The notes beneath the pieces were generated by a model that did not search any database, was not told where the DNA came from, and worked only from the letters and a program-made list of their open reading frames with translations. A stretch of DNA of 57,043 nucleotides from a virus (taxonomy: Duplodnaviria > Caudoviricetes): positions 1-57,043 of IMG/VR virus record IMGVR_UViG_3300007735_000759; one strand, given 5' to 3'. The translations under genes and the position numbers were made by a program. Positions within the stretch are counted from its first letter, which is position 1. Each line of letters begins with the position of its first letter. Positions 9,732 to 20,320 of this stretch are shown in pieces.

Positions 9732-10823
9732 ATGGTTATTGACCCCAATGCTCTCAGTAATTCATACAGCTTTGGTAAAAATGCAAAACTTGATGAACTA
9801 ATTATCGAGGCATATCGAAATATCGGAATACCTTTAAATTTGCAGTCAGCAGAACAATTTGATTCCGCTGTTTATTCGGCAAATTTAGAACTTTCTACAT
9901 GGCCATCAAAAGGATTAAACCTTTTTTTGGTACAACCCATGATGGTATCGATTAACGCCGGTCAATCGTACTATCAATTGCCGGATTACGTACTTAGGAT
10001 TTTATATAATGAGTGCGTAATCTTACAGCCTATTCGTTTGAATCAAAACGGTACGGCGTTTTCGTCAGCTGGCGGAAACCCAAATAACTGCTTTGACCCA
10101 ACTCAAACGGCCGGCTGTACTCAAACAACACCGAACGGCTCAATAGGTTATGACTATGGAATGGGTATTACTAACAGTATTTTGTACGTGGGGGTCAGTT
10201 CTCTTAACCAAACTGATTATGCAATAGCAATTGACTGCTCAAATAATGGCACAGAGTGGCAACAAGTTTATTTGTCCCCGAAAACAACTTTTTATCCCTC
10301 TGTGACACAATGGTTTGTTTTGCAAGTTTCCCCGTCCGCCCAATATTGGCGGATTCGAGAAACGGGCGGCAACACTCTGGCGATTAATCAGATTTATTTT
10401 TCAGTCTCCAATTTAGCTGCACCCAACAGAACAATTGGGGCAATTTCTCGTTCTCAATATATGGCGATGCAAACCACAACTGCCATTGGGACAGCTATTA
10501 CAGGTTATTATCTAAATTTAATCAATCCTCCTGTTTTGGTGATCTATCCTCAGCCCATACAAGACGGATTTAATCTTCTATTCAATACAGATTGCTACCC
10601 GCCTGATGTTGTTTATTTGTTCCAAAGAACACCGGTGCCTCAAAACTTTTTAGATGCATTGATGCGCGGCATAGCATACCGACTTAGCACAAAATATAAA
10701 CCCGAAAAAGTTGCAGAATGCGCTCAATTGGCGGCAGAAGCTTATGATTTGGCAGGACGTTCTAATTACGAAAATGTGCCTATTAATTTCATGCCCAATA
10801 TTTCAGCATTTGGAGTGAATTAA
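9732..10823 (+). CDS. head-tail adaptor-like protein with an inserted beta-sandwich domain
   Basis: LIIEAY…SANLEL.TW..KGLNL N-terminus and VPQNFLDAL..GIAYRL C-terminus flank a discoidin-like insert (CSNNGTEW…YWRIRET). Confidence 0.65.
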   Translation: MVIDPNALSNSYSFGKNAKLDELIIEAYRNIGIPLNLQSAEQFDSAVYSANLELSTWPSKGLNLFLVQPMMVSINAGQSYYQLPDYVLRILYNECVILQPIRLNQNGTAFSSAGGNPNNCFDPTQTAGCTQTTPNGSIGYDYGMGITNSILYVGVSSLNQTDYAIAIDCSNNGTEWQQVYLSPKTTFYPSVTQWFVLQVSPSAQYWRIRETGGNTLAINQIYFSVSNLAAPNRTIGAISRSQYMAMQTTTAIGTAITGYYLNLINPPVLVIYPQPIQDGFNLLFNTDCYPPDVVYLFQRTPVPQNFLDALMRGIAYRLSTKYKPEKVAECAQLAAEAYDLAGRSNYENVPINFMPNISAFGVN

Positions 10824-11380
10824 TGAGAGCTGCATTTTATATAGGAAAATACTTAAGGCCGTCCTTTCAAAACCCATCTCCTTATGGTCGGTGCGACTAT
10901 TCAGGTCTTTTATGCCAATTAAAGGATTTAGTGCCGCAATTCCAATATAACGCGACGGGCTTATATGACACAGGCTTAAGGGTCAATTATCGGTTCTTAG
11001 ATAAGCCTAATATGACAAATTTAATGCCGCCGATTAAAATGGATCCGGAACCTGTCATATTGGGCCGCCCCGGCCCCACTACAATAACGCCGCAGATACA
11101 AGCTCAAACGTATGACGTTAGTGGCGATCAAGATTTTGCTCTCGATCAAGAGCAGTTTAATTATAACAATTTTTTGTTTACTGGAACGCTCACCGGGCCA
11201 GTAACCATCATAATACCCGCTCTATTTAACGAATTTAACGTCTTAAATCAAACAGAAGGCGACTATCCGTTAACAATTCAAATCGAAAATATCAGCAATT
11301 CAATTTTAGAACTCCCTGTAGGTCAATCTCTTTATTTGACAAATACAAATAGTTCTTTGTTAGTAACCAACCCTACTTAA
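10823..11380 (+). CDS. structural protein
   Basis: GRCDYSG N-terminal motif plus FTGTLTG…P…V.NQT domain also seen in 16199-18487. Confidence 0.55.
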   Translation: MRAAFYIGKYLRPSFQNPSPYGRCDYSGLLCQLKDLVPQFQYNATGLYDTGLRVNYRFLDKPNMTNLMPPIKMDPEPVILGRPGPTTITPQIQAQTYDVSGDQDFALDQEQFNYNNFLFTGTLTGPVTIIIPALFNEFNVLNQTEGDYPLTIQIENISNSILELPVGQSLYLTNTNSSLLVTNPT

Positions 11381-11392
11381 GGAGTTTTTAAA

Positions 11393-14197
11393 ATGGCAGT
11401 TATTGTTACGCAGCAAGGTAGTGATTTATCCATTCAGCAAAATTTAGTGGGAGATGGCACTAGTCTTGTTGTTTCTTATGGGACTCCTACCGCTACTCAA
11501 TGCAGAATAGGACTTACACCAAGCTCAAACTTGGCTGAGCTTGCAGCAATGACCGGAGGAGGTATTGTTGTCAGAAGTAATAGTACCGGTTCCATGAATC
11601 TGTGTACATTTTACTCATCTGACAGTTCTATCAGCATTAATTTCAATTCAACCCAAGCTAATTTCCAATTGGGCTCTACATTAACCGGGACTTACACGTT
11701 CTCTAATGCAATTACGTTACCCGTAAATTCGCTAGCTTTATCTGCCTTGTCAACAACTGGTTCTACCTCCGGCTATGTTTTAACTTCTAATGGCTCCGGC
11801 GTCGCGCCAACGTGGCAAGCAGCAGGTGGTGGCGGAGGCGGCGGCCTTACCAGTGTGGGATTAGGCGAGGTTTCCGGGGGGACTAATTTTGATTTTACAA
11901 ATAACCCACTAACGTCTAACGGAACTATCACGCTTGATATAGCGGTAGGTGGGTTGCCTTTATCAAGAATTGCTCAAGCTGGCGCAACTACAGGGCAAAT
12001 ATTAGCGTGGAGCGGTAGCGCGTGGACGCCTACAAGCGCAAGCGCATCTTCAATTGCTGTTGTGGCCCCCGGCTTATCTTCTACAACCGTAACGGGAATT
12101 ACTTTTACAGGTTCCGGAGTTACGGGAAGTGCAGCTGGTGGAATCGCAACAATTAATATCCCGGGAGGAGGGAGCGGCAGTGGGTTAACTAGTGTTGAGT
12201 TAGGCAATGAGGACGGAACAGAAACGATTTTAACGTTTACAAATAATCCCTTAACGTCTAACGGAACTATTGGAATTGGTTTTGCTGAAAATTCCCTGCC
12301 CCTTAGTAAATTAAAACAAACAGCAGCGACAGATGGTCAAGTTATGGCTTGGGATGCGGGGGCTACAAGCTGGAATCCTGCTAACTGGTCAGACATTCCT
12401 GCCGCCGGCAACGTAACAATCCCTATTGGGAGTTATATTGATTACGGAACAATTGCAATCAAACAAGTCCTTAATCTTCAATATTTACAAACTTATACTG
12501 GATCAAATGGAAGCGGTGCTATTTATGATAGTCAATTTTATCCAATTGGTGGTTTTGGAGGAACAGCAGGGCAGATTTTAAGCCTTGTAGCACCAGCTGC
12601 ATTTGGTTCGCCTGGAACTCCACAAGTTTTAGGCTGGATTGACAAAGGTGCTTCTACAATAAGTGTAACAGCCCCAGGACTAAGCGCAACCCCGGTAGGC
12701 AGCATCACATTTTCTGGTTCCGGTGTAACTGGAACGGCCGCAGCTGGCGTAGCCACAATTACAATTCCAGGCGGTGGGGGAGGTGGTGCTGTTTCAAGCG
12801 TTAGCGCAAGCGGAGGAACATCTGTTATTAACCCAACCACGGGCGCTGTTGTCTTACAAATGGATTTGCCCCTTTATGCCAATATTGAGAACCAAAACTT
12901 CTTTATTGGTGGAAATGTTGGGCCAATAGGAGACGGGAATTTCTTTGTTAATGGAGTTGGCGCACCTTCAAGCGCGACTTCGGCAACAGCAAACAATACA
13001 TCATTTGGTTCTTATGCATTACATGATATTGGCGCAGCTTCTAACAACACAGCCTTTGGTTTTAGCGCGCTTTACGGCGCAACAACAGCAACAAATAATA
13101 CAGCAGTCGGTTCTAACGCTTTAGTAAACGTGACCACAGGAAGCCATAACACGGCTCTTGGATATAGCGCAGGGCCTAATGCAAACGTGATTACGTCTCG
13201 ATGTACCTATTTAGGAAGCTCCTCTGAAACAACAACGACGGGAATATTTAATTCGGCTGCAATTGGATACAACAGCGTAGTAAACTCAAGCAACGCAACC
13301 GTGTTAGGGGACTGGACAAACCCCATGGAGGTTGTTGTTGGGGCAGCCACATCACTCGGCATGGAAACCCAAGCTGGTTATTATTCACTGTTAAGTCTTA
13401 GAAATGCCCAGAACTCAGGAATCTATCTTGATAACTCAACGGGCTTATCAAGCGCCCAATATGCCCAAATCCCGGGCACAGGTCTTTTGACCCAGCTTGT
13501 TGGAAATAATTTAATATTTATGAATACTGAGGGCTATGTTAGTCGAATGGCGACATATGCGAACGACTCTGACGCGTTCCCTAATGTTTATGCTCCTCCT
13601 GCAAACTCGTTGCTTGTGGGGAACTCCAATACAATCGGCACAACATCCCCCTCAAGTGGACGAGATTTTCTTGTTCTCACTCCGCCTGCAAGCTCATCCG
13701 GTTTACCAACCGGAGCCACCGGGCTTTTAGGGTATTCTCCCGCAGAAGGCACAACCTGGTTCTCTAGTGCCCCCGCTTTAGCGGCTTCTTTTTTGGCATT
13801 CGGTACAGATATAGCAACCCCCGTTGCCCCCGTCCAGCACGTTTCTTATATTGCGACTCCAGATCCAGAAGCTTTAGGGAACCCAACATTTTTCACTCTT
13901 CCCTCTGATTTTGCTGTGGGCTCCAGTTTTCGCGTCATCGGCAGTAATCCTTACGGATGGATTATCTCGACAGCAATTCCTGCTTCTGTAGCTCAACGCA
14001 TTGTTTTCGGTAACAGAATTGTTTCTAGCACTCTTTCTTCAGTGGCGGCGATTCAAACCGACCCTAACGCAGTTTATCCATCCCCTACAGGATATGTAGG
14101 AGATTGGGCCGAGCTAGTTTATACGACTGAAGAAGAAGATGGAACACAAGTTTGGACTGTTATGTCTCCTTGTAACTTAGACATGTTCCAATCTTAA
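11393..14197 (+). CDS. tail fibre
   Basis: Gly/Ser/Thr-rich; GYVLTSNG.G.APTW fibre motif; internal duplications; YadA-head-like NNTAxG..AL repeats. Confidence 0.85.
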   Translation: MAVIVTQQGSDLSIQQNLVGDGTSLVVSYGTPTATQCRIGLTPSSNLAELAAMTGGGIVVRSNSTGSMNLCTFYSSDSSISINFNSTQANFQLGSTLTGTYTFSNAITLPVNSLALSALSTTGSTSGYVLTSNGSGVAPTWQAAGGGGGGGLTSVGLGEVSGGTNFDFTNNPLTSNGTITLDIAVGGLPLSRIAQAGATTGQILAWSGSAWTPTSASASSIAVVAPGLSSTTVTGITFTGSGVTGSAAGGIATINIPGGGSGSGLTSVELGNEDGTETILTFTNNPLTSNGTIGIGFAENSLPLSKLKQTAATDGQVMAWDAGATSWNPANWSDIPAAGNVTIPIGSYIDYGTIAIKQVLNLQYLQTYTGSNGSGAIYDSQFYPIGGFGGTAGQILSLVAPAAFGSPGTPQVLGWIDKGASTISVTAPGLSATPVGSITFSGSGVTGTAAAGVATITIPGGGGGGAVSSVSASGGTSVINPTTGAVVLQMDLPLYANIENQNFFIGGNVGPIGDGNFFVNGVGAPSSATSATANNTSFGSYALHDIGAASNNTAFGFSALYGATTATNNTAVGSNALVNVTTGSHNTALGYSAGPNANVITSRCTYLGSSSETTTTGIFNSAAIGYNSVVNSSNATVLGDWTNPMEVVVGAATSLGMETQAGYYSLLSLRNAQNSGIYLDNSTGLSSAQYAQIPGTGLLTQLVGNNLIFMNTEGYVSRMATYANDSDAFPNVYAPPANSLLVGNSNTIGTTSPSSGRDFLVLTPPASSSGLPTGATGLLGYSPAEGTTWFSSAPALAASFLAFGTDIATPVAPVQHVSYIATPDPEALGNPTFFTLPSDFAVGSSFRVIGSNPYGWIISTAIPASVAQRIVFGNRIVSSTLSSVAAIQTDPNAVYPSPTGYVGDWAELVYTTEEEDGTQVWTVMSPCNLDMFQS

Positions 14198-14205
14198 CCA
14201 ATTTG

Positions 14206-14230
14206 AACTTGTAAGAAATACTTACAAGTT
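14206..14230. repeat. perfect palindrome with 10-bp arms and 5-bp spacer
   Basis: AACTTGTAAG-AAATA-CTTACAAGTT. Confidence 0.9.
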
Positions 14231-14238
14231 ACGAGCTA

Positions 14239-14305
14239 CCTCGTAGATCTGACTTAAAGACCCGGATTTACGAGGATAGGGGGGAGGGGACGCCTTCCCT
14301 TTATT
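14239..14305 (+). terminator. 13-bp G.U-containing hairpin followed by a terminator-like hairpin
   Basis: CCTCGTAGATCTG…CGGATTTACGAGG, then GGGAGG…CCTTCC followed by CTTTATT. Confidence 0.55.
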
Positions 14306-14335
14306 ACAAACGTCTTTATATAAAGGATATTTATT

Positions 14336-15076
14336 ATGGCTTTACAAAACCCTCTTAACTCGCCCGTCTTTGCAAATGTGGCATCTATTACTTCCGGTAA
14401 CGTACTTGTCGGTAACGGTACAGATCCTGTAACTTCTGTAGCTCAAGTTCCTGTAAGTAACGGTGGTAGCGGTGCAGCCTCCCTTACCGATCATGGTGTT
14501 TTGGTAGGTAGCGGGACAGATCCTTTTACAGCGCTTACGGTTGGTGCAAACGGGGAAATTCTGCTTGGCTCTACAGGTGCTGACCCAGTCTTTGGAGTAT
14601 TAGGAACAGCAGTTGGCTGCGGTTTAACTAAGACAACAGGAGCGGGGTCTTTAAGTCTTGCCGTTAATCTGACCGCAGGCTCTGGCATCACATTAACCCC
14701 AAGCGGCGCAGATACCTCTATCGAGATTTCCGCTTCTTCTGTTCCTGATTTGTCATTAGTTGCAGTAACAAGCGGCTCCTCCGCAACAGCTGTGGCGGGA
14801 AATCGTTATTCCGTTCAAACTGGCGCAGCCTATGCATATACATTGCCAGCAACAGGTATTCTTAATGCTCAATTCGCATTCTTAAATACAACAGCTTCCA
14901 GCTTGTTTTCTGTTGCCCCTGCCGCAGGTGGCTCTGTCTTGATTGGCGCAACTTCCAGTGCGACAGGATTTGATTCGACAGAATTAGGTGATGGCTTAAC
15001 TCTCGTTTGCGTTGTTGCTGGTGCAGCCCCTGTTTATCAGGCAGTTGCTTTCAACGGTAACTATAACGTTATTTAA
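14336..15076 (+). CDS. short tail fibre-like protein
   Basis: V.NGG.G…LTDHGVLVG.G…G..L.STGADP fibre repeats; small C-terminal beta domain. Confidence 0.75.
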   Translation: MALQNPLNSPVFANVASITSGNVLVGNGTDPVTSVAQVPVSNGGSGAASLTDHGVLVGSGTDPFTALTVGANGEILLGSTGADPVFGVLGTAVGCGLTKTTGAGSLSLAVNLTAGSGITLTPSGADTSIEISASSVPDLSLVAVTSGSSATAVAGNRYSVQTGAAYAYTLPATGILNAQFAFLNTTASSLFSVAPAAGGSVLIGATSSATGFDSTELGDGLTLVCVVAGAAPVYQAVAFNGNYNVI

Positions 15077-15085
15077 GTTAGCTAA

Positions 15086-15111
15086 AAGAAGGGGTTTTAA
15101 CACCCCTTCTT
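15086..15111 (+). terminator. intrinsic terminator-like hairpin
   Basis: AAGAAGGGG-TTTTAACA-CCCCTTCTT. Confidence 0.55.
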
Positions 15112-15132
15112 CTTCTAAAAAAAGAGGTATAA

Positions 15133-15537
15133 ATGGGACAAAATTCTATAAATCTGCCTACTGAAAATATTAATTACGTGAATTTTGGGACTTCTACGGC
15201 AGGCGGCTTTATTTATGCCAAAGATGTCTATTACACCACGGCAGGTGAAGGAATCGCGACTTTTTACATTCCTTTGAGTTCAGGCATCCAAGCAGGACAA
15301 TCTTTCCAAGTCATTTCGGGTGACCCCGCCGGTTGGCAACTTGTACCCGACACCGGGCAATTAATTAGATGGATAGATTCAGCCGGCGTCATGCATGCAG
15401 CAGATGGGACAGCCAATCAAAAAGTTTCATCCAATGGGTTAACGTCTCAAGTCACTTCGACATCCGCGACAGTTATGTATGTGGGCGGGGATGTTTTTAT
15501 TATCACAAGCTATACAGGCATCTTAACGGTTGCTTAA
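15133..15537 (+). CDS. small fibre-tip-like structural protein
   Basis: F.IP…AG.SFQVI…GW resembles the C-terminal domain of 11393-14197 (FTLP…VGSSFRVI…GW). Confidence 0.6.
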   Translation: MGQNSINLPTENINYVNFGTSTAGGFIYAKDVYYTTAGEGIATFYIPLSSGIQAGQSFQVISGDPAGWQLVPDTGQLIRWIDSAGVMHAADGTANQKVSSNGLTSQVTSTSATVMYVGGDVFIITSYTGILTVA

Positions 15538-15548
15538 AGGTATCATGA

Positions 15549-16196
15549 ATGGTTTTTGTTCTCACCAGCACATCAATAAAACAAGAGCTTATTTCTTATT
15601 TTAAAAGAAATGATACTGATTTTTTAACCAGTATTCCTTTTTTTATTATGTTAGGAGAACGCAGAGTCGCGACAGATTTAAAAATTTTAGGAACAAAAAC
15701 ATTTATAGACGGTAATTTAACGCCGGGGAATCCACGCCTGCAAAAAGATGTTCGCTGGCTTAATAACGCATCTTGTGAGATTGGGGTTATAAACCCTGAT
15801 TTTGACCCCAATAACTTTACAACAAAAAAGAAAATTCTAGAATGCTCTTATTTATGGGGAGATTCTTATTGGCCAAATCCCACAATTACAGGGGAACCCA
15901 AATATTACGCAGATCAAACTTACTTTGAATGGGTTTTTTATCCCACTCCTGATCTTGCGTATCCCTACAGAATAGGATTCTTTCAATTCCCTAATTTTAT
16001 TGATGACACGGAACAATCAAACTGGTTTACGGCGTTTGCTCCCCATGTTTTATGGAGCGCTATTTGTTTGGAAACGGCCATTTATCTTGAAGACGGCCCT
16101 CGCATTCCTATTTGGGAAGCTCAATACCAAAAAGACATCGCATCACTAACGACAGAAGACAAGCAACGTATGTATGACGAATATAGCGTGAGGTAA
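15549..16196 (+). CDS. tail/adaptor structural protein
   Basis: IPFFI.LGERR…PKYYA…PTPD…NW…AP..L motifs recalled from this phage group. Confidence 0.7.
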   Translation: MVFVLTSTSIKQELISYFKRNDTDFLTSIPFFIMLGERRVATDLKILGTKTFIDGNLTPGNPRLQKDVRWLNNASCEIGVINPDFDPNNFTTKKKILECSYLWGDSYWPNPTITGEPKYYADQTYFEWVFYPTPDLAYPYRIGFFQFPNFIDDTEQSNWFTAFAPHVLWSAICLETAIYLEDGPRIPIWEAQYQKDIASLTTEDKQRMYDEYSVR

Positions 16197-16198
16197 TT

Positions 16199-18487
16199 AT
16201 GGCAACATATTCTTTTAATCAAGGTTCAGTCCAAACCGCTTTTCCGTCGTATATAAATTATGACTTTAGTGTAATTGACCCCCCTCCGGTATTACTCCCC
16301 CCTAGTTATTTGGTGTCTGGAATTGTGCAATTAAATTGGCCGATTGCTTTTCAAACGTCTCAAAACGTTGTTGCCAGTTTTATCAATGTCACAGGCGTAA
16401 ATGTAACGACGCCCGCGGGTTTTATTTTACCCGACTCAACCCAAGTATCGGTCGGGACAGCTTTTGTTATTCAAAATATCTCTAATGTTAACATCCAGAT
16501 TTACCTAAACGATGGCACCACATTATTCAAAACTATTGCAGCAGGCGCCGTTTATCAATTTGTTTTGAATGATAATTCAACATCTGATGGAGACTATTAT
16601 TGGTTTCAATCTGGAGCGGCAGTCTCCCAACAAGACGCTGATGCTTTAGCGGGGATGGGTTTGATTGCGTCAGATAATGCAAAATTGAATACCAATTTCC
16701 CTGTTTTAGTTTTAGATCCTAGCGTTGCCCCCGTTTATGATATTACCGAATCGAGTAGAGCACAATTATTGGTATGGCCCGCTGATGCGCCTGCAATAAC
16801 GTTTAATCTGCCTTCTTTAGGGGACACATGGGGCGATGGATTTTATTTCGCAATTAATAATTTAAGTACAGCATCCATTACTTTAAATCCAGTCGCTGAT
16901 GCGGGAACAACAAGCCAAGTTTTACATGGCCAAACTTTTTATATTTCCATAGATGAATTTGGTGATTGGTATACGGTTGGCAAGGGTAATGATCTTTTTT
17001 TTAATTATACATCTAACTCACAAAACATTTCATCTCCCGGCCCTTTCCCGGTAACAGTTGATTTAACTGAAGGGCTGGAAGGCAATTCAATGATTAGATT
17101 AGTCGGAACATTGCTTGGTGATACGATATTTAGATTCCCGGCCACGCCTTTTGTTTGGTACGTGAATAATCAAACAACCGGAGATTTTACAGTCACATTA
17201 AGCTGTGAAGTGCCTTCTACTAATACTTACCTAATACCGCAGGGGCAACAATTAATTGTTGAATTTGATGATGCAGAGTTTTACAGCGTCCCGTCCACTC
17301 TTCCCTCTCAACAAAAAATAATTTTTGCTAATGGTTCCGCTGCCAATCCTTCAATTACATTCGCAAGCGATCAGCACACGGGAGCTTATTTAAGAGGCCA
17401 AAACATGGCCATTACCCAAAATAGCAATGAAGTCGTCGATTTTGAAAGCGATGCGGGAGTTTCTGTTTTTAACGTCCCAACATCTTATAGGCTCAGATTA
17501 TTAACCCCTAATACGTCAATAGACGTAAATACGGCCGAAATTGGAGGAACGCAAACAACCACATTAAAAACAACTGATGGTGCAATAAGTTTTTTGTGGA
17601 ATACAAACTCAGCGACATTATTTACAGATACCACACTTGTTTCAGAGCCGGTTACTTTTGCCGCTTATGATGACACCCAAACTAACCTTGCCAATCTGGC
17701 ATTTCAAAGCAGCGGCACATCTTTTTACTCTTTAAGTTTCCAAGTAGGTAAATCAACAAGTTTGTGCACTTCTAATTTTTGGGGAAACGTTACAATTAAC
17801 GGGAATGAAACAGTCACAGGTAATTTGACAGTAAACGGCACAATTACAGGGGGAGGTCTCCCAACATACCCCCTTTCGTTTGTAAATGGCGGAACTAGCC
17901 AAGCTTCTCAACCCGCGGCAATTAAAGCGCTGATAAATTTTACTTCTCAAGGCCAAATGATTTATGCGTCCGATGGTACGGGGACCGTAGGATACGTTAC
18001 GCCAACCGCCGTAGCGGGTCGTACCATGGTAACGACAAGAAATTCAACTGCACAAGCTCCTTCTTGGGTAGGGAAAAGTTTATTGCAAGTGCAAACAGGA
18101 GGCACTTTTTCAACTACCGAAAGTTTTTCAAGTGGCACTGTTTTGACGGGTTCAACTCTTACAATAACCCCAACGTATCAAAATAGTAATATTTACCTTA
18201 CTTTTACTTGTGTGGATTTTTCAGCAAGCGATAATACAACTTATCCTAGTGTAAATTTGGAAGTCACAACAAATGGCGGCGGCAGCTGGACATCTATTTT
18301 AACTCCGGCCTTTTTTGGACGTTTTGTCGGAGCCACCTCTCCTGCATGCTGTTCTTTTAACTTTATCTATTCTCCTAATATTACATCCGTAGTTCAGTTT
18401 AGACTAGTCTTGTCAAACAGTGCAGGCGGTCAAACTGTTACTTTGCAAAATGCAAACTTTATAGCTTTTGAGTTAGGGGGCATGTAA
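16199..18487 (+). CDS. tail spike/fibre-like structural protein
   Basis: Repeated LP…G..F.I.N modules; FANGSAANPSITF.SD..TG motif; gp53-like C-terminus. Confidence 0.75.
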   Translation: MATYSFNQGSVQTAFPSYINYDFSVIDPPPVLLPPSYLVSGIVQLNWPIAFQTSQNVVASFINVTGVNVTTPAGFILPDSTQVSVGTAFVIQNISNVNIQIYLNDGTTLFKTIAAGAVYQFVLNDNSTSDGDYYWFQSGAAVSQQDADALAGMGLIASDNAKLNTNFPVLVLDPSVAPVYDITESSRAQLLVWPADAPAITFNLPSLGDTWGDGFYFAINNLSTASITLNPVADAGTTSQVLHGQTFYISIDEFGDWYTVGKGNDLFFNYTSNSQNISSPGPFPVTVDLTEGLEGNSMIRLVGTLLGDTIFRFPATPFVWYVNNQTTGDFTVTLSCEVPSTNTYLIPQGQQLIVEFDDAEFYSVPSTLPSQQKIIFANGSAANPSITFASDQHTGAYLRGQNMAITQNSNEVVDFESDAGVSVFNVPTSYRLRLLTPNTSIDVNTAEIGGTQTTTLKTTDGAISFLWNTNSATLFTDTTLVSEPVTFAAYDDTQTNLANLAFQSSGTSFYSLSFQVGKSTSLCTSNFWGNVTINGNETVTGNLTVNGTITGGGLPTYPLSFVNGGTSQASQPAAIKALINFTSQGQMIYASDGTGTVGYVTPTAVAGRTMVTTRNSTAQAPSWVGKSLLQVQTGGTFSTTESFSSGTVLTGSTLTITPTYQNSNIYLTFTCVDFSASDNTTYPSVNLEVTTNGGGSWTSILTPAFFGRFVGATSPACCSFNFIYSPNITSVVQFRLVLSNSAGGQTVTLQNANFIAFELGGM

Positions 18488-20320
18488 ATGAAACTCATTG
18501 TAATCCCTCTCATTTCCGCACCAGGAATTCAACGGGATGGCACCCCTTATTTATCAAAATCATGTATAGATGGCCAATGGGTTCGATGGTATCAAGGTGT
18601 CCCCAGAAAGATTGGCGGCTATGTGTTAAAAGGGTCAGGTATTACAAATTCAACTTTGTATCCTAACGAAAATTACCCAGGTCTAAATCCAAATTTGGAA
18701 GAAGGATTTGAGATTACAAACACAATTTATTCCGTTGTGCAATCGGATGATACTGTGGACGTTTATTTTGGCAAACCTAGCACGCTGTCTTATATTGACT
18801 ACGACCAAAATAATAATGCGATCGGAGTTGAGCAAGACAGAACCCCCCTTTTAAGCAGTGAGCCGGCTTCTGATCCCCCTGGCAGTGATGGCGGATTTGT
18901 GCCAAACCCCAATAACTCATGGACACTTGATTTAGTTACAGTCAATCAAACAACTGGAGATTCTCAAGGAAATGCTACTTATATTATTGCTCACCCTGCT
19001 TTGAATCGGATTAATATAGCTAACCAAATTCCGTCAACCGTTTTTTATGGCCAAACCTATTCAACGGCACGCTTGCAACCTATTAAATGGGTGGCATATG
19101 AGGATAACCCGGCAGATCCACCAACTCCGCCTCTTATTCCTATCCCAGATCTAAATGACACCCCCGTGCAAGTAAGCGGAGGCGTCGTATTCCTTAATCC
19201 CATCACTGTTTTTTATGGGAATAATGGTATTATTTATTTTTCAGACCCTCAAGTAAGAATAATTCCTAACGGATCAGAGCTGGACATTACAATCACCCCT
19301 CCCTCTCAAATTTGGTACGGGAATTCAGTTTCGTTAACAAATACCAAAATTGTAAAATGCATTCCTTACCGCGGCGCAAATGCAAATGCCGCCGGAGGTA
19401 ATAGCCCATCTATGCTGGTTTGGTCAATCAATGCCTTGTTAAAAGCTAACTATGTCCCCTCTTATACAGATTCCGCAGGGCTTGAAATAGATGCGACATT
19501 TACCCCTCAAATCATCCAATCGGGGATTAGTATTTTATCCGCAAAGTCAATTGTTGAATATAACAATATAGTTTACTGGATTGGCGACAATCATTTCTAT
19601 TATTACAACGGAATTGTAAATAAAATAGAAAACACGATGAATACTGATTATTTCTTTAATGGGTTAAATGCTGCTTATAAAGGCCTTGTTTTTGCTTACG
19701 CGAATCCTCGCTATGATGAAATTTGGTTCTATTATCCTCGTGATGGCGCAACTGTTTGCAATGCAGCCGTTGTTTATAATGTTAAAGGTGAATTTTGGTT
19801 TGATGCATTTAGCAGTCGATCAGCTGCTCATATTCCGGTCACTTTTGAGCGTCCTATTTTAGCCTCCAGTGAATTAGAAAATCTTTTCAATATAGGCATT
19901 AACAAAAATGCTTATCCAATTTGGCTTCATGAAAAGGGATTAAACAAAGTAAAAGGAGCATCTCAATACGCCATTCAATCTTATTTCCAAACTCATTTAA
20001 TCGATTTGTTTTCGAATGATCCTGAAAACAACAATTTTTTAAAAACAAGAAGATTAGAACTTGATTTAATTCAGTCAGGGCCTATGACGGTAAGTATTTA
20101 TAATTATCTGAGGCCAAGATCTAGTCCTATTATAGGTGGCCCTTATTTATTTTTTTCAAGTGACGCTGCTGTTGAAGACATAACCTCTCAAGGATCTTTG
20201 GTTAGTTTTCGTTTTGAAAGTAACACTGCGGTCGGCGATACGGATGCACCTATACCAGGAGGATACTACCAATTTGGTAAAACGCTTTTAAATTATACGG
20301 TTGGGGACGAAAGAAAATAA
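18488..20320 (+). CDS. tail nozzle / P22 gp10-like DNA stabilisation protein
   Basis: PGIQRDGT…DGQWVRW.QG.PRKIGG and YWIG…FYYYNG…EIWFYYP…VYN motifs. Confidence 0.8.
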   Translation: MKLIVIPLISAPGIQRDGTPYLSKSCIDGQWVRWYQGVPRKIGGYVLKGSGITNSTLYPNENYPGLNPNLEEGFEITNTIYSVVQSDDTVDVYFGKPSTLSYIDYDQNNNAIGVEQDRTPLLSSEPASDPPGSDGGFVPNPNNSWTLDLVTVNQTTGDSQGNATYIIAHPALNRINIANQIPSTVFYGQTYSTARLQPIKWVAYEDNPADPPTPPLIPIPDLNDTPVQVSGGVVFLNPITVFYGNNGIIYFSDPQVRIIPNGSELDITITPPSQIWYGNSVSLTNTKIVKCIPYRGANANAAGGNSPSMLVWSINALLKANYVPSYTDSAGLEIDATFTPQIIQSGISILSAKSIVEYNNIVYWIGDNHFYYYNGIVNKIENTMNTDYFFNGLNAAYKGLVFAYANPRYDEIWFYYPRDGATVCNAAVVYNVKGEFWFDAFSSRSAAHIPVTFERPILASSELENLFNIGINKNAYPIWLHEKGLNKVKGASQYAIQSYFQTHLIDLFSNDPENNNFLKTRRLELDLIQSGPMTVSIYNYLRPRSSPIIGGPYLFFSSDAAVEDITSQGSLVSFRFESNTAVGDTDAPIPGGYYQFGKTLLNYTVGDERK

